DNA of 64,000 nt, taken from the NCBI GenBank assembly GCA_965243205.1, contig CBDEUK010000002.1, positions 1,235,689 through 1,299,688 of the forward strand, written 5' to 3'. Below, piece after piece: positions 10,801 through 20,171 of this stretch (its first letter is position 1; every line of letters starts with the position of its first letter). The notes under the pieces are model-generated. The model saw only the letters and a list, made by a program, of their open reading frames with translations. It searched no databases and was not told where the DNA came from. The stretch comes from Gammaproteobacteria bacterium. Lineage in GTDB: Bacteria > Pseudomonadota > Gammaproteobacteria > Eutrophobiales > Eutrophobiaceae. A program made the position numbers and the translations under genes.

Positions 10801-12129
10801 GTGGATATGACTATTTTATTCTCTTTTCTCGAACAGATCGCGCTTCCTGTTTTAATCCTTCTAAGTGTGTGGATTCTTTATCGATTATTCCGATCGCAAC
10901 GCAATGAAGAGATACTAACTCGTATTGAAAAACGCATGGAAGAAAATCAATCACGTATTGATCAAATCGAACAACAATTGTTTCGAACTGAACGCGATCA
11001 AGCAAGACACATTATTGAACTGCGCGAAAAAATGCTCGGTTCATTTGGCGCTCAAGGAGAATCTCTAAGTTCTAAACTGGCTTCACATCAAACCAGTTTC
11101 GCAGAGCGCCAGACCGACGGCATCAAACAGCTCTACGATAGCCTGCAACATGGCATGACTGAAATCCAAAAACAAGTCAGTGAAGCTCTAAAAATTAATA
11201 TGGAATCATTGGGCAAACGTGTTGATGGACTAACTGAAAAAACCGAGCAACGTTTACATGAAATTGGCGGCCTAGTTGAAAAACGTTTAGAAGAAGGATT
11301 CAAAAAAACTACAGAAACCTTCACCGATATTTTAAAGCGTTTGGCTTTGATCGATGAAGCTCAGAAAAAGATCACAGAACTTTCTTCGGAAGTTGTTAGC
11401 TTACAAGAAATCCTTGCCGATAAACGCTCACGAGGTGCTTTTGGGGAAGTACAGTTAAATGCATTGATCGCTAATGTCATGCCCGAAAACAGTTATGCAA
11501 TCCAATACAGTTTACCCAATGGCAAAATTGCTGATTGCGCTCTGTTCTTACCCGAACCGACCGGCACTATCGCGATTGATTCGAAATTTCCATTGGAAAG
11601 CTACCGAACCATGACCGATTTTAATGCGACTGATATCGATCGCAAACAAGCCGAAAAACAATTTAAACGTGATATTCAAAAACACATCGATGATATTGCA
11701 GCAAAATATATCCTTCCTGGTGTTACTTCCGATGGCGCCATTATGTTCTTACCTGCAGAAGCGGTGTTTGCTGAGATTCAAGCCAAGCATGGCGACCTTG
11801 TTGATTACGCACATTCTGCACATGTTTGGCTAGTCTCGCCGACAACTCTTTGGGCAACATTGAATACCGCACGTGCTGTATTAAAAGATGCAGAAACCCG
11901 TGAACAGGTCGATATTATTCAAGAGCACTTAGTGTATTTAGCCAAAGATTTTCAGCGCTTCCAAAAACGCATGGATGATCTCGCCAAACACATCAACCAA
12001 GCGCAAGCAGATGTTGAGCAAGTCAACACTTCTGCCAAGAAAATTAGCTCACGATTTGAAAAAATTGAGCGCTTGGAACTGGATAACGAGAGTGATGTCA
12101 CATTAACTATAGAAAATCATAAAAAGTGA
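10801..12129 (+). CDS. rmuC: DNA recombination protein RmuC
   Basis: N-terminal TM segment, long coiled-coil and conserved RmuC C-terminal nuclease-like region (RGAFGEVQLNALI...IAIDSKFPLESY). Confidence 0.8.
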   Translation: MDMTILFSFLEQIALPVLILLSVWILYRLFRSQRNEEILTRIEKRMEENQSRIDQIEQQLFRTERDQARHIIELREKMLGSFGAQGESLSSKLASHQTSFAERQTDGIKQLYDSLQHGMTEIQKQVSEALKINMESLGKRVDGLTEKTEQRLHEIGGLVEKRLEEGFKKTTETFTDILKRLALIDEAQKKITELSSEVVSLQEILADKRSRGAFGEVQLNALIANVMPENSYAIQYSLPNGKIADCALFLPEPTGTIAIDSKFPLESYRTMTDFNATDIDRKQAEKQFKRDIQKHIDDIAAKYILPGVTSDGAIMFLPAEAVFAEIQAKHGDLVDYAHSAHVWLVSPTTLWATLNTARAVLKDAETREQVDIIQEHLVYLAKDFQRFQKRMDDLAKHINQAQADVEQVNTSAKKISSRFEKIERLELDNESDVTLTIENHKK

Positions 12130-12192
12130 CGCTAACTAAATGACATTTCATGTTTTTTTGTTACACTTAATTAAATATGCATTGCAACAATA

Positions 12193-13011
12193 TTGATGAA
12201 TAACCGATTTTTAAAAGCTATCATATTCGATATGGACGGTACCCTCGCTAATACCGAGGAAATTCATCGACTCGCCTTTAATCAGGCCTTTGAAGAGTTT
12301 TCCCTGCCCATTCATTGGAGCGAAATAACCTACGCCGAATTATTAGCGATCTCAGGTGGTCGCCAACGTACCTATAAATTCATTATTGATAATCATATCG
12401 ACGTCAAAAATGTTGATGATCTAAGGGAATTCGTTGCTGAAGTCCATAAACGTAAATCGGAAATCTACCGAGAGATGCTAACAGATGGCCGTTTAAAATT
12501 ACGCAATGGTGTTCGACGTTTAATCATGGAAGCGAAACAGAAAAAAATTCGTCTCGCCATTGCCACAAGTTCTTCATTAGCCAATGTCCATACACTATTA
12601 AAAACCACACTTGGCGAACACAGTATCGAATGGTTCGATAGTATCGTCAGTTGTGATTTAATTGCGGATCAAAAACCATCCCCTGCTGTTTATCAATATG
12701 CCTTAGCTGAACTTGGTATTGCACCAGAAAACAGCGTCGCGATTGAAGATACTTATAATGGCAATGAATCAGCTAAAGCAGCAGGTTTGCGAAGCATTAT
12801 TACCACTCATAATTTTACAATTGATAGTGATTTTACTGGCGCAGCATTAGTACTCGATCAACTTGGTGAACCTGAAATGCCTTTCATTCAATCCGCAGGC
12901 GAACCACAGACGAAAACCTATGTTGATATCGACATGTTAGAATCTTTATTGATCCCTCAAAGCCAAGAAACTCAGGCCCAACACTGGCATCCAGATGTAG
13001 CCTTCGGTTAA
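12193..13011 (+). CDS. HAD-superfamily hydrolase (phosphatase, CbbY/beta-PGM-like)
   Basis: HAD motif I FDMDGTL and downstream HAD motifs. Confidence 0.7.
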   Translation: MMNNRFLKAIIFDMDGTLANTEEIHRLAFNQAFEEFSLPIHWSEITYAELLAISGGRQRTYKFIIDNHIDVKNVDDLREFVAEVHKRKSEIYREMLTDGRLKLRNGVRRLIMEAKQKKIRLAIATSSSLANVHTLLKTTLGEHSIEWFDSIVSCDLIADQKPSPAVYQYALAELGIAPENSVAIEDTYNGNESAKAAGLRSIITTHNFTIDSDFTGAALVLDQLGEPEMPFIQSAGEPQTKTYVDIDMLESLLIPQSQETQAQHWHPDVAFG

Positions 13012-13092
13012 TAAACCGTTCCCCATTTCTAATTTTTTATATTTTCTTAATTTGATTCTGTTTTCATAGATAGAATCCGATAGAATTGTCTC

Positions 13093-14019
13093 ATGACTCT
13101 TACCGAACTTCGTTACATAACCGCTGTTGCTCGAGAAAAACATTTTGGCAAAGCGGCTGAAGCATGCTTTGTTAGCCAACCCACTTTAAGCGTTGCGGTT
13201 AAGAAGTTAGAAGATGAATTAGACGTCGCTCTATTTGAACGACATCAACACGAAATTCATATCACCGATGTTGGTAAAAAAATCATTGCTCAAGCACAAA
13301 CGGTTCTGGAAGCAGCAGAAGAAATAAAACAAATATCACTAGAATCTAAAAACGAACTCAGTGGCGAATTACGTTTGGGAACCATCTACACTATTGGCCC
13401 TTATCTATTACCAAAGATCATTGCTTCAATTAACCAAATGGCGCCTGAACTTACTTTATTAATAGAAGAAGATTACACAAAAAACTTAGCCGATAAATTA
13501 CGTCAAGGTGAACTCGATGCTGTCATCGTTTCAACGCCATTTGATGAACCTGCTGTTGATACAATTAATTTGTATAGTGAACCGTTTACTGTTGTTTTAC
13601 CAAAAGGACATACATTAACGACAAAGAAAAAATTAAAGCTCGAAGAATTATTCGATGAATCCCTCTTACTATTAAAGAGTGGGAACTGCTTTCGTGACCA
13701 AGTATTAAACGCCTGCATGAGTTGCCAAGGCGTTGAACTCTCAAAGACTCAAATGCAAAAAACCCTAGAAGGCAGTTCAATTGAAACCATTCGGCAAATG
13801 GTTGCGGCAGGTGTTGGCATCACCGTACTTCCTTGTACATCGATTAACCCTAATGATGATATGAAGAATTTACTCGAATACAGAGAACTAACTAAACCAA
13901 CTCCTGAACGAGAAGTGATACTCGCTTACCGTAAATCTTATCCTCGAACTTTAATCATCAACTTACTACAAACTGTAGTAAATAAAGCCAAGCTGAATAA
14001 TGTGACTAAGGCTAATTAA
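13093..14019 (+). CDS. oxyR: LysR-family hydrogen peroxide-inducible regulator OxyR
   Basis: N-terminal HTH (FGKAAEACFVSQPTLSVAVKKLEDEL). The redox-cysteine region GNCFRDQVLNAC matches E. coli OxyR GHCLRDQAMGFC (C199/C208), and MVAAGVGITVLP matches MVAAGSGITLLP. Confidence 0.8.
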   Translation: MTLTELRYITAVAREKHFGKAAEACFVSQPTLSVAVKKLEDELDVALFERHQHEIHITDVGKKIIAQAQTVLEAAEEIKQISLESKNELSGELRLGTIYTIGPYLLPKIIASINQMAPELTLLIEEDYTKNLADKLRQGELDAVIVSTPFDEPAVDTINLYSEPFTVVLPKGHTLTTKKKLKLEELFDESLLLLKSGNCFRDQVLNACMSCQGVELSKTQMQKTLEGSSIETIRQMVAAGVGITVLPCTSINPNDDMKNLLEYRELTKPTPEREVILAYRKSYPRTLIINLLQTVVNKAKLNNVTKAN

Positions 14020-15388
14020 TCACAATAAATAGCGCAGAGTTTTTCCTCACAATCCTTAGTAATAAAGGCTGCTTTATTGCATTAACCACTTGATTAAACT
14101 CATCGAGATTACTAATGCGTTGCTGATTCACTGAAGTAATCACATCACCTTCACGTAAACCACTGGCTCTCGCCGCAGTGCCTCTTTCTACTGCAAACAC
14201 ATAAACACCTTTTACCTTATCGTAATAAGGATTGTCTTCTTCGATTTCAGATAATGTAACTCCAGCTAAACGCTCATTACGAACATTATTCGGGCTAGCT
14301 TGACTATCATTTTTACTAACGGCTGCAACAACAATCGTAGTTTGTCCTTCACGCAAAATTTCAAAACGTGCTTTTTGTCCAACCGGCAATAAACCAATTC
14401 TATGGCGCACATCACTTGCACTTTTAACCTGCTTGCCATCAATAGATACAATGACATCTCCTGCCTTGAAACCCGCCTTATCGGCTGGCGAACCTTCGAG
14501 CACACGATTGATGACCGCGCCTTGTTGTTTTTGTAGTCCAAACGCTTCCGCTAATTCAGGGCTTAAGTCTTGTAACTGTACGCCTAAGTACCCTCGTTCA
14601 ACTTCGCCGTTCTCAACTAACTGCTCCATAATATTCAGCGCAACGTTTACTGGAATCGCAAAACCAATTCCTATATTGCCACCACTGCGTGAAAAGATTG
14701 CGGTATTAATACCGACCAATTCGCCACGTAAATTAACCAATGCGCCGCCAGAGTTCCCAGGGTTAATTGAAGCATCGGTTTGAATAAAGTCTTCATAACC
14801 TTCTATACCTAAGCCACTACGGTTTAATGCGCTAACAATTCCGGTCGTAACTGTTTGACCTAAGCCAAAAGGATTACCGATAGCGACTACAAAATCGCCC
14901 ACTCTTAATTCATCTGAATCGGTCGTTTTAATATCGGTCAAGTTATCTGCTTTTACTTTAATAACAGCAACATCGGTTTCAGGATCAGTACCAACAATTT
15001 CTGCTTCATGTTGTTTGCCATCACGTAACGTCACCATGATTTCGACCGCATTCGCAATCACGTGGTTATTAGTTAATATTAACCCTCGTTCTGCATCAAC
15101 AATCACACCTGAACCTAAACTTTGAGTTTTGCGCTCTGTCGGCATATTAGGAAAATCAAAAAAGCGACGAAAAAAAGGATCATTAAATAATGGGTTTTGA
15201 CGAACCTTCACTCGACCTTCGGTCGCAATATTCACAACCGCAGGCGTAATGTTTTCCAACATAGGCGCTAAAGTTGGTAACGCTTGGCCATCAACCGTTG
15301 CCGGAAGAGCAGCCTGAGTTGCTTGAAAAGGTATAAATGATAAGGGTAATAATAATAAAAGTTTAAGAAATTGATTAATACGATTCAT
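14012..15388 (-). CDS. Periplasmic serine endoprotease of the DegP/DegQ/MucD (HtrA) family
   Basis: Signal peptide, trypsin-like catalytic motif GNSGGALVN and two PDZ domains. The 3' end overlaps the oxyR stop by 8 nt on the opposite strand. Confidence 0.85.
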   Translation of the reverse strand: MNRINQFLKLLLLLPLSFIPFQATQAALPATVDGQALPTLAPMLENITPAVVNIATEGRVKVRQNPLFNDPFFRRFFDFPNMPTERKTQSLGSGVIVDAERGLILTNNHVIANAVEIMVTLRDGKQHEAEIVGTDPETDVAVIKVKADNLTDIKTTDSDELRVGDFVVAIGNPFGLGQTVTTGIVSALNRSGLGIEGYEDFIQTDASINPGNSGGALVNLRGELVGINTAIFSRSGGNIGIGFAIPVNVALNIMEQLVENGEVERGYLGVQLQDLSPELAEAFGLQKQQGAVINRVLEGSPADKAGFKAGDVIVSIDGKQVKSASDVRHRIGLLPVGQKARFEILREGQTTIVVAAVSKNDSQASPNNVRNERLAGVTLSEIEEDNPYYDKVKGVYVFAVERGTAARASGLREGDVITSVNQQRISNLDEFNQVVNAIKQPLLLRIVRKNSALFIVIN

Positions 15389-15517
15389 CTGTATGTAGTT
15401 CCAAAATTTTGTTCAATGATTTTATTGTTTAGGAAAAAAAACCAAGAAAAAGTTCATCGATAAGAATTATTCAATATAGATTGGGTAAGAAATTTATTTT
15501 TCAATACATCAATATGA

Positions 15518-16162
15518 CTAAATCCAATAAGACGTCTTGGTCATTATTTTTGAAGTGAACCCCATCAGGAGTTTTATAGGAGTTGGTAATTCTGCCGCTC
15601 CATAATTGGCTGCTTTATCTCGGTGTTCCGCTTCATCTTTTTGCATTTGATGTAGTATCGCTTCTGTTTTTTTATCGGCTTCTGGTAAATCGGCTAAATG
15701 CGATTGTAAATGATCAATCACTTGTTTCTCGGTTTCTTCAATAAATCCAAGACTCCATTTATCCCCCACTAATCCTGCGATGGCGCCAATAGAAAAAGAG
15801 CCAACATACCAAACTGGATCTAAATAACTGGTACGACTATTTAACTCATCCAATCGACGCCGACACCAATGCAGGTGATCGACTTCTTCTTCGGCCGATT
15901 CCTGCATCGCTTGTTTCACCGAATCGTCTTTTGCAACCAATGCCTGACCCAAATACAAAGCCTGAGCGGAAACCTCACCTGCATGGTTAACGCGCATATA
16001 ACCTTCTACCTTGGATTGGGCATCTTTATTTAATCGCGTTTCAGGAATAGATTCGGCCGGATAGGGTCGGTTTGGCGAATGATTCGCACCTGCTAAAGCT
16101 GAAATCTGGCTATCAAAGCCGATGATTAGCTTATCAAGCATTGAGTATTGTAATTTAGCCAT
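15518..16162 (-). CDS. coq7: Demethoxyubiquinone hydroxylase Coq7 (ubiquinone biosynthesis)
   Basis: Di-iron ferritin-like Coq7 motifs (RVNHAGEVSAQALY ... EEEVDHL). Confidence 0.75.
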   Translation of the reverse strand: MAKLQYSMLDKLIIGFDSQISALAGANHSPNRPYPAESIPETRLNKDAQSKVEGYMRVNHAGEVSAQALYLGQALVAKDDSVKQAMQESAEEEVDHLHWCRRRLDELNSRTSYLDPVWYVGSFSIGAIAGLVGDKWSLGFIEETEKQVIDHLQSHLADLPEADKKTEAILHQMQKDEAEHRDKAANYGAAELPTPIKLLMGFTSKIMTKTSYWI

Positions 16163-16252
16163 CGTTTAAATATTTGAAATGCATGTTTTCTCTAATTTTA
16201 TCATAGAGTTAGCAAGATAAAATGTTAATATATTCAAGCCTTGGAAATAGTA

Positions 16253-16281
16253 TTGACAGCATCCTGCTTGATCCGTACCAT
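16253..16281 (+). promoter_or_regulatory. Candidate sigma70 promoter for the rplM-rpsI operon
   Basis: TTGACA (16253-16258), a 17-bp spacer, then TACCAT (16276-16281), followed by a GC-rich discriminator (tccccctc). An AT-rich UP-like region lies upstream. Confidence 0.45.
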
Positions 16282-16327
16282 TCCCCCTCTTTTTTTGACC
16301 TAAATATTAGAATTTTCACGAAACACA

Positions 16328-16756
16328 ATGAATACATATAGCCCAAAAGCATCCGAAATTACTCGCGATTGGTACGTGCTAGATGCTGCTGACAAACCAC
16401 TTGGTCGTGTCGCTAGCGAAATTGCCAAGCGTCTACAAGGTAAGCACAAACCAACTTACGCTAAACATATGGATATGGGCGATTATATCGTTGTGATTAA
16501 CGCTCAGAAAATTGCTGCTACTGGCAATAAAATGAAAGACAAGATGTATCATCGCCACACGGGTTTCCCTGGTGGTCTTAAATCCATCAGCCTTGAAAAA
16601 TTGTTAGCATACAAACCTGAAAAAGCGATTGAAACTGCTGTCAAAGGCATGCTTCCAAAAGGCCCTTTAGGTCGTGAGATGTATCGTAAACTTCGTGTTT
16701 ATGCCGGCGAGCAACATAACCATGCTGCTCAACAACCAAAACCATTAGAAATCTAA
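16328..16756 (+). CDS. rplM: 50S ribosomal protein L13
   Basis: Clear L13 sequence ([30 protein letters not shown]...). Confidence 0.95.
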   Translation: MNTYSPKASEITRDWYVLDAADKPLGRVASEIAKRLQGKHKPTYAKHMDMGDYIVVINAQKIAATGNKMKDKMYHRHTGFPGGLKSISLEKLLAYKPEKAIETAVKGMLPKGPLGREMYRKLRVYAGEQHNHAAQQPKPLEI

Positions 16757-16766
16757 TTAAATAGTT

Positions 16767-17159
16767 ATGAGCGAACAAGTTTATTACAGTACTGGCCGTC
16801 GTAAGAGTTCTGCAGCCAGAGTATTCCTAAAAAAGGGTAGCGGTAACGTCGTTATCAACAACAAAACCTTAGATCAATATTTCGGTCGCGAAACAGGTCG
16901 TATGATTGTTCGCCAACCACTAGAAGAAGTGGATATGGTTGAAAATTTTGATATTAACATCACAGTGAAAGGTGGTGGTATTTCAGGCCAAGCAGGCGCT
17001 ATTCGACATGGAATTACTCGAGCCTTAATCGAATACGATGAATCACTACGTAAACCATTACGTGCAGCTGGTTTTGTAACCCGTGATGCTCGTGAAGTTG
17101 AACGTAAGAAAATCGGTCTTCATAAAGCCCGTAAACGTCCTCAATTCAGTAAACGTTAA
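16767..17159 (+). CDS. rpsI: 30S ribosomal protein S9
   Basis: Clear S9 sequence ending ...[11 protein letters not shown]. Confidence 0.95.
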   Translation: MSEQVYYSTGRRKSSAARVFLKKGSGNVVINNKTLDQYFGRETGRMIVRQPLEEVDMVENFDINITVKGGGISGQAGAIRHGITRALIEYDESLRKPLRAAGFVTRDAREVERKKIGLHKARKRPQFSKR

Positions 17160-17175
17160 TCTAATACGTTTACGC

Positions 17176-17206
17176 AAAAAAGAGAGCTTCGGCTCTCTTT
17201 TTTTAT
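17176..17206. terminator. Bidirectional rho-independent terminator between rpsI and yaiI
   Basis: aaaaaAGAGAGCttcgGCTCTCTttttttt: a 7-bp GC-containing stem, a 4-nt loop, and an A-tract upstream with a T-tract downstream. Confidence 0.8.
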
Positions 17207-17215
17207 GTCTTCGAT

Positions 17216-17635
17216 TTATCCTTGTTTGGATTTTATTAAAAGCCATTTATCGAGATGCTCGGCAAAGGTTTTTCTATCCTGTTGACTGATGGCTGCAGGC
17301 CCATCTGTTTGCACACCACTATTTCGTAATGTTTCCATAAAATCTCGCACACTCAATCGTGATTTAATATTTTCTTTTGTAAACGATTCGCCTCTTGGAC
17401 TCAAAGCTGTAACACCTTTTGCAATGACTGCATCAGCTAATGGAATATCATTAGTAATCACTAAATCACCTGCATTCATTCTTTTAACGATTTCATTATC
17501 TGCAACATCGAATCCAGTGGATACTTGAATACTCCGAAGAAATTCTGATGGCGGTGTTTTTATATATTGGTTTGCGATGAGTGTTACAGAGATTTTGGTT
17601 CGAATAGCAGCTCTGAAAATAATTTCTTTTATCAC
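17216..17635 (-). CDS. yaiI: YaiI/YqgF-like DUF188 (UPF0178) protein, possibly N-terminally disrupted
   Basis: Strong similarity to E. coli YaiI (…ANQ…P…[13 protein letters not shown]…GDLVIT.DIPLA…). The open frame begins at a GTG. Upstream in the same frame is ATG-TAG, an in-frame stop at codon 2 (17675-17680). Confidence 0.8.
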   Translation of the reverse strand: MIKEIIFRAAIRTKISVTLIANQYIKTPPSEFLRSIQVSTGFDVADNEIVKRMNAGDLVITNDIPLADAVIAKGVTALSPRGESFTKENIKSRLSVRDFMETLRNSGVQTDGPAAISQQDRKTFAEHLDKWLLIKSKQG

Positions 17636-17815
17636 TATGGGCCAGGCATCAGTATCAACCCTATCAACCCAAATCTACATTTCTTAAAATCTCACGAATT
17701 AACAAATTGATAATTTAATCTTAAATAAAAATTAACTCTATGGAACTTTATAATGATAAAGTTCACTTAAATTCTCTATGTAAAAGTAATTAACACTAAT
17801 CATCTTATACAGTTT

Positions 17816-18742
17816 ATGGAAAACATCATATCTATTTCACAATTAAGCAAACGCTATGACTCAGGTTTTGAAGCGTTGAAAAATATTAATCTTGAAATTC
17901 ATAAGGGTGAGATATTTGCTTTGCTTGGCCCTAACGGCGCTGGTAAGACTACCTTAATTAGTACCATTTGCGGAATTGTGAACCCAAGCGGTGGAGAAGT
18001 ATCAGTCGATGACCATAACATCATCGATGACTTTAGAGTAACTCGTTCCAAAATTGGTTTAGTTCCACAAGAACTATCCACCGATATGTTTGAAACGGTT
18101 TGGAATACCGTGAATTTTAGTCGTGGTTTATTTGGCAAACCGGAAAATCATGCCTATGTAGAAAAAGTATTACGCGACTTATCCTTATGGGATAAAAAAG
18201 ATTCTAAGATCATGCAACTTTCAGGCGGTATGAAACGCCGCGTCATGATTGCCAAAGCCTTATCTCATGAACCCGGAGTGTTATTTTTAGATGAGCCTAC
18301 TGCTGGGGTTGATGTAGAACTTCGAAAAGATATGTGGGAATTGGTACGTAATTTACGTGAACAAGGCGTTACCATCATTTTAACAACACATTACATTGAA
18401 GAAGCCGAAGAAATGGCTGATCGTATTGGTATTATTAATCATGGTGAAATCATTATGGTAGAAGAAAAAAATACCTTAATGAAACAACTTGGAAAACGTC
18501 AAGTTAGTTTGCATCTACAAGAAGCCATTACAAACATACCTCTTCAATTAAATGCATTTAATTTGGAAATTTCAGAAGATGGATATGAATTGAAATACAC
18601 ATTCGATTCATTAAACGAACAATCCAATCTGCCTGAATTATTAAAACAACTGAGCGAACTCAATATTGAATTTAAAGATATACATTCCAGTGAAAGTTCA
18701 TTAGAAGATATCTTTGTAGATCTAGTAAGAAAACCATCATGA
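17816..18742 (+). CDS. ABC-2 type exporter ATP-binding protein (YadG-like)
   Basis: Walker [13 protein letters not shown] signature LSGGMKRR, Walker B LFLDEP. Confidence 0.8.
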   Translation: MENIISISQLSKRYDSGFEALKNINLEIHKGEIFALLGPNGAGKTTLISTICGIVNPSGGEVSVDDHNIIDDFRVTRSKIGLVPQELSTDMFETVWNTVNFSRGLFGKPENHAYVEKVLRDLSLWDKKDSKIMQLSGGMKRRVMIAKALSHEPGVLFLDEPTAGVDVELRKDMWELVRNLREQGVTIILTTHYIEEAEEMADRIGIINHGEIIMVEEKNTLMKQLGKRQVSLHLQEAITNIPLQLNAFNLEISEDGYELKYTFDSLNEQSNLPELLKQLSELNIEFKDIHSSESSLEDIFVDLVRKPS

Positions 18743-19500
18743 ATATACATGCCATTAAAGCCATTTATAAATTTGAAATGGCGCGTACTTTAAGAACCTT
18801 AATGCAAAGCATTGCATCGCCTGTGTTATCAACCTCACTTTATTTTGTGGTTTTTGGTGCTGCTATTGGATCACGCATGGGAGAAATTGAAGGCGTGAGT
18901 TATGGTGCGTTCATTATTCCGGGTTTAATTATGTTATCCCTACTGAACGAAAGTATCTCCAATGCTTCATTTGGAATCTACATGCCTAAATTTACTGGCA
19001 CTATCTATGAAATTCATTCGGCACCAATTTCTTGGATAGAAATATTAATTGGTTTTGTCGGCGCTGCGACAACGAAGTCTGTAGTTCTTGGGTTATTGAT
19101 CTTAGTCACTGCAAAATTATTCGTTGATTATGAAATAGCCTATCCATTTTATATGTTTGGTTTTTTAGTAATCACTGCCCTAAGTTTCAGTTTATTTGGA
19201 TTCATTTTAGGTGTTTGGGCCGATAGTTTTGAAAAACTACAAGTGGTTCCAATGATGATTATCACTCCACTGACATTTTTAGGCGGTAGTTTCTATTCCA
19301 TCAGTATGTTGCCTCCTGTTTGGCAAACCATTACCTTGTTTAATCCAGTGGTTTATTTAATCAGTGGTTTCCGCTGGAGCTTTTATGGAATTTCAGATGT
19401 CCATATCTTTGTCAGCTTAGCAATGATTTCCATATTTTTGATAATTTGCTTAAGTATCATTTGGTGGATATTTAAAACAGGTTATAAACTCAAACAATAA
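18739..19500 (+). CDS. ABC-2 type exporter permease (YadH-like)
   Basis: Six-TM ABC-2 permease. It overlaps the upstream ATPase gene by 4 nt (translational coupling). Confidence 0.75.
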   Translation: MNIHAIKAIYKFEMARTLRTLMQSIASPVLSTSLYFVVFGAAIGSRMGEIEGVSYGAFIIPGLIMLSLLNESISNASFGIYMPKFTGTIYEIHSAPISWIEILIGFVGAATTKSVVLGLLILVTAKLFVDYEIAYPFYMFGFLVITALSFSLFGFILGVWADSFEKLQVVPMMIITPLTFLGGSFYSISMLPPVWQTITLFNPVVYLISGFRWSFYGISDVHIFVSLAMISIFLIICLSIIWWIFKTGYKLKQ

Positions 19501-19537
19501 AAAAACCGCTATGGATAAATCCATAACGGTTTCTTGT
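19497..19537. terminator. Bidirectional rho-independent terminator between convergent genes
   Basis: aaaaaaaaCCGCTATGGAtaaaTCCATAACGGtttctt: a 10-bp stem with 1 mismatch, an A-tract upstream and a T-tract downstream. Confidence 0.7.
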
Positions 19538-19553
19538 TACAACCTTTAAATAT

Positions 19554-19874
19554 TTAATCAGCAGCAGTTGATAACAGACTTTTTAAAGCAACCACTAACA
19601 TAGCTGGTGCGACTAAGGCGGTTAGATGAGTCAATACACGTGTCACCTCATCACCAATTCCTGGCAAACCTGAAGCTGAACTAACTGAAAGTAATAACGC
19701 AATGCCTGCGACTAAAAAACCAGTATGTTCACCATCTGTTACATTCAAAAAACCAACTACCAAACCTAAAATTAGTAGTGCTAAAGCCACATATGGAACA
19801 CTAATAAATGCGGAGACTACAGCAATAATTAAACCGACCAGAAATGCAATTTTTCCAATTGTTAAACTTCCCAT
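19554..19874 (-). CDS. Small hydrophobic membrane protein (3 predicted TM), hypothetical
   Basis: The six-frame ORF is 19554..19898. The ATG at 19872-19874 is preceded by a strong GGGGGAG Shine-Dalgarno (SD) sequence, so I take that as the start. Confidence 0.35.
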   Translation of the reverse strand: MGSLTIGKIAFLVGLIIAVVSAFISVPYVALALLILGLVVGFLNVTDGEHTGFLVAGIALLLSVSSASGLPGIGDEVTRVLTHLTALVAPAMLVVALKSLLSTAAD

Positions 19875-20171
19875 TGAACTCCCCCTTTTTATATTCATAT
19901 TGTTGTTAATTTGAGTCTTTCTGATTTAGATAAATATCTATAGCAAATTGACTTATTGAATCTTAAGGTAAATCCATTCTAAATGCACCATTTTGATGCA
20001 TACGTTCATGAGAATTAACCTGTAATACTGAATTTCCTCAGATAAATTAATCTAATTAAGGCATATTTTTCGCTAGCAACTATTAAAGTTTTTCTCTGAG
20101 CAACCGCTATTGTTCCTAAGATTAGTGGCCGAAGGGCTAATTGTAACAATGGACAACGAAAGGAAATTATT

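Noticed and set aside
14433-14783. 116-aa plus-strand ORF inside the degP-like gene
   Set aside because: It is fully embedded antisense within a strongly supported protease gene. Its Ser/Pro-rich composition is typical of a shadow ORF.
15528-15545. AAGACGTCTT palindrome followed by a T-run that looked like a terminator
   Set aside because: It lies inside the 3' coding region of coq7, and the T-run is on the wrong strand for that gene.
19899-20171. ilv-type leader peptide or TPP riboswitch ahead of the acetolactate-synthase-like gene
   Set aside because: The short ORFs in the leader (MHTFMRINL, MHHFDAYVHEN) are not enriched in branched-chain codons. No TPP-riboswitch consensus (CUGAGA ... 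ACCUGAUCUGGAUAAUGCCAGCG) is present.
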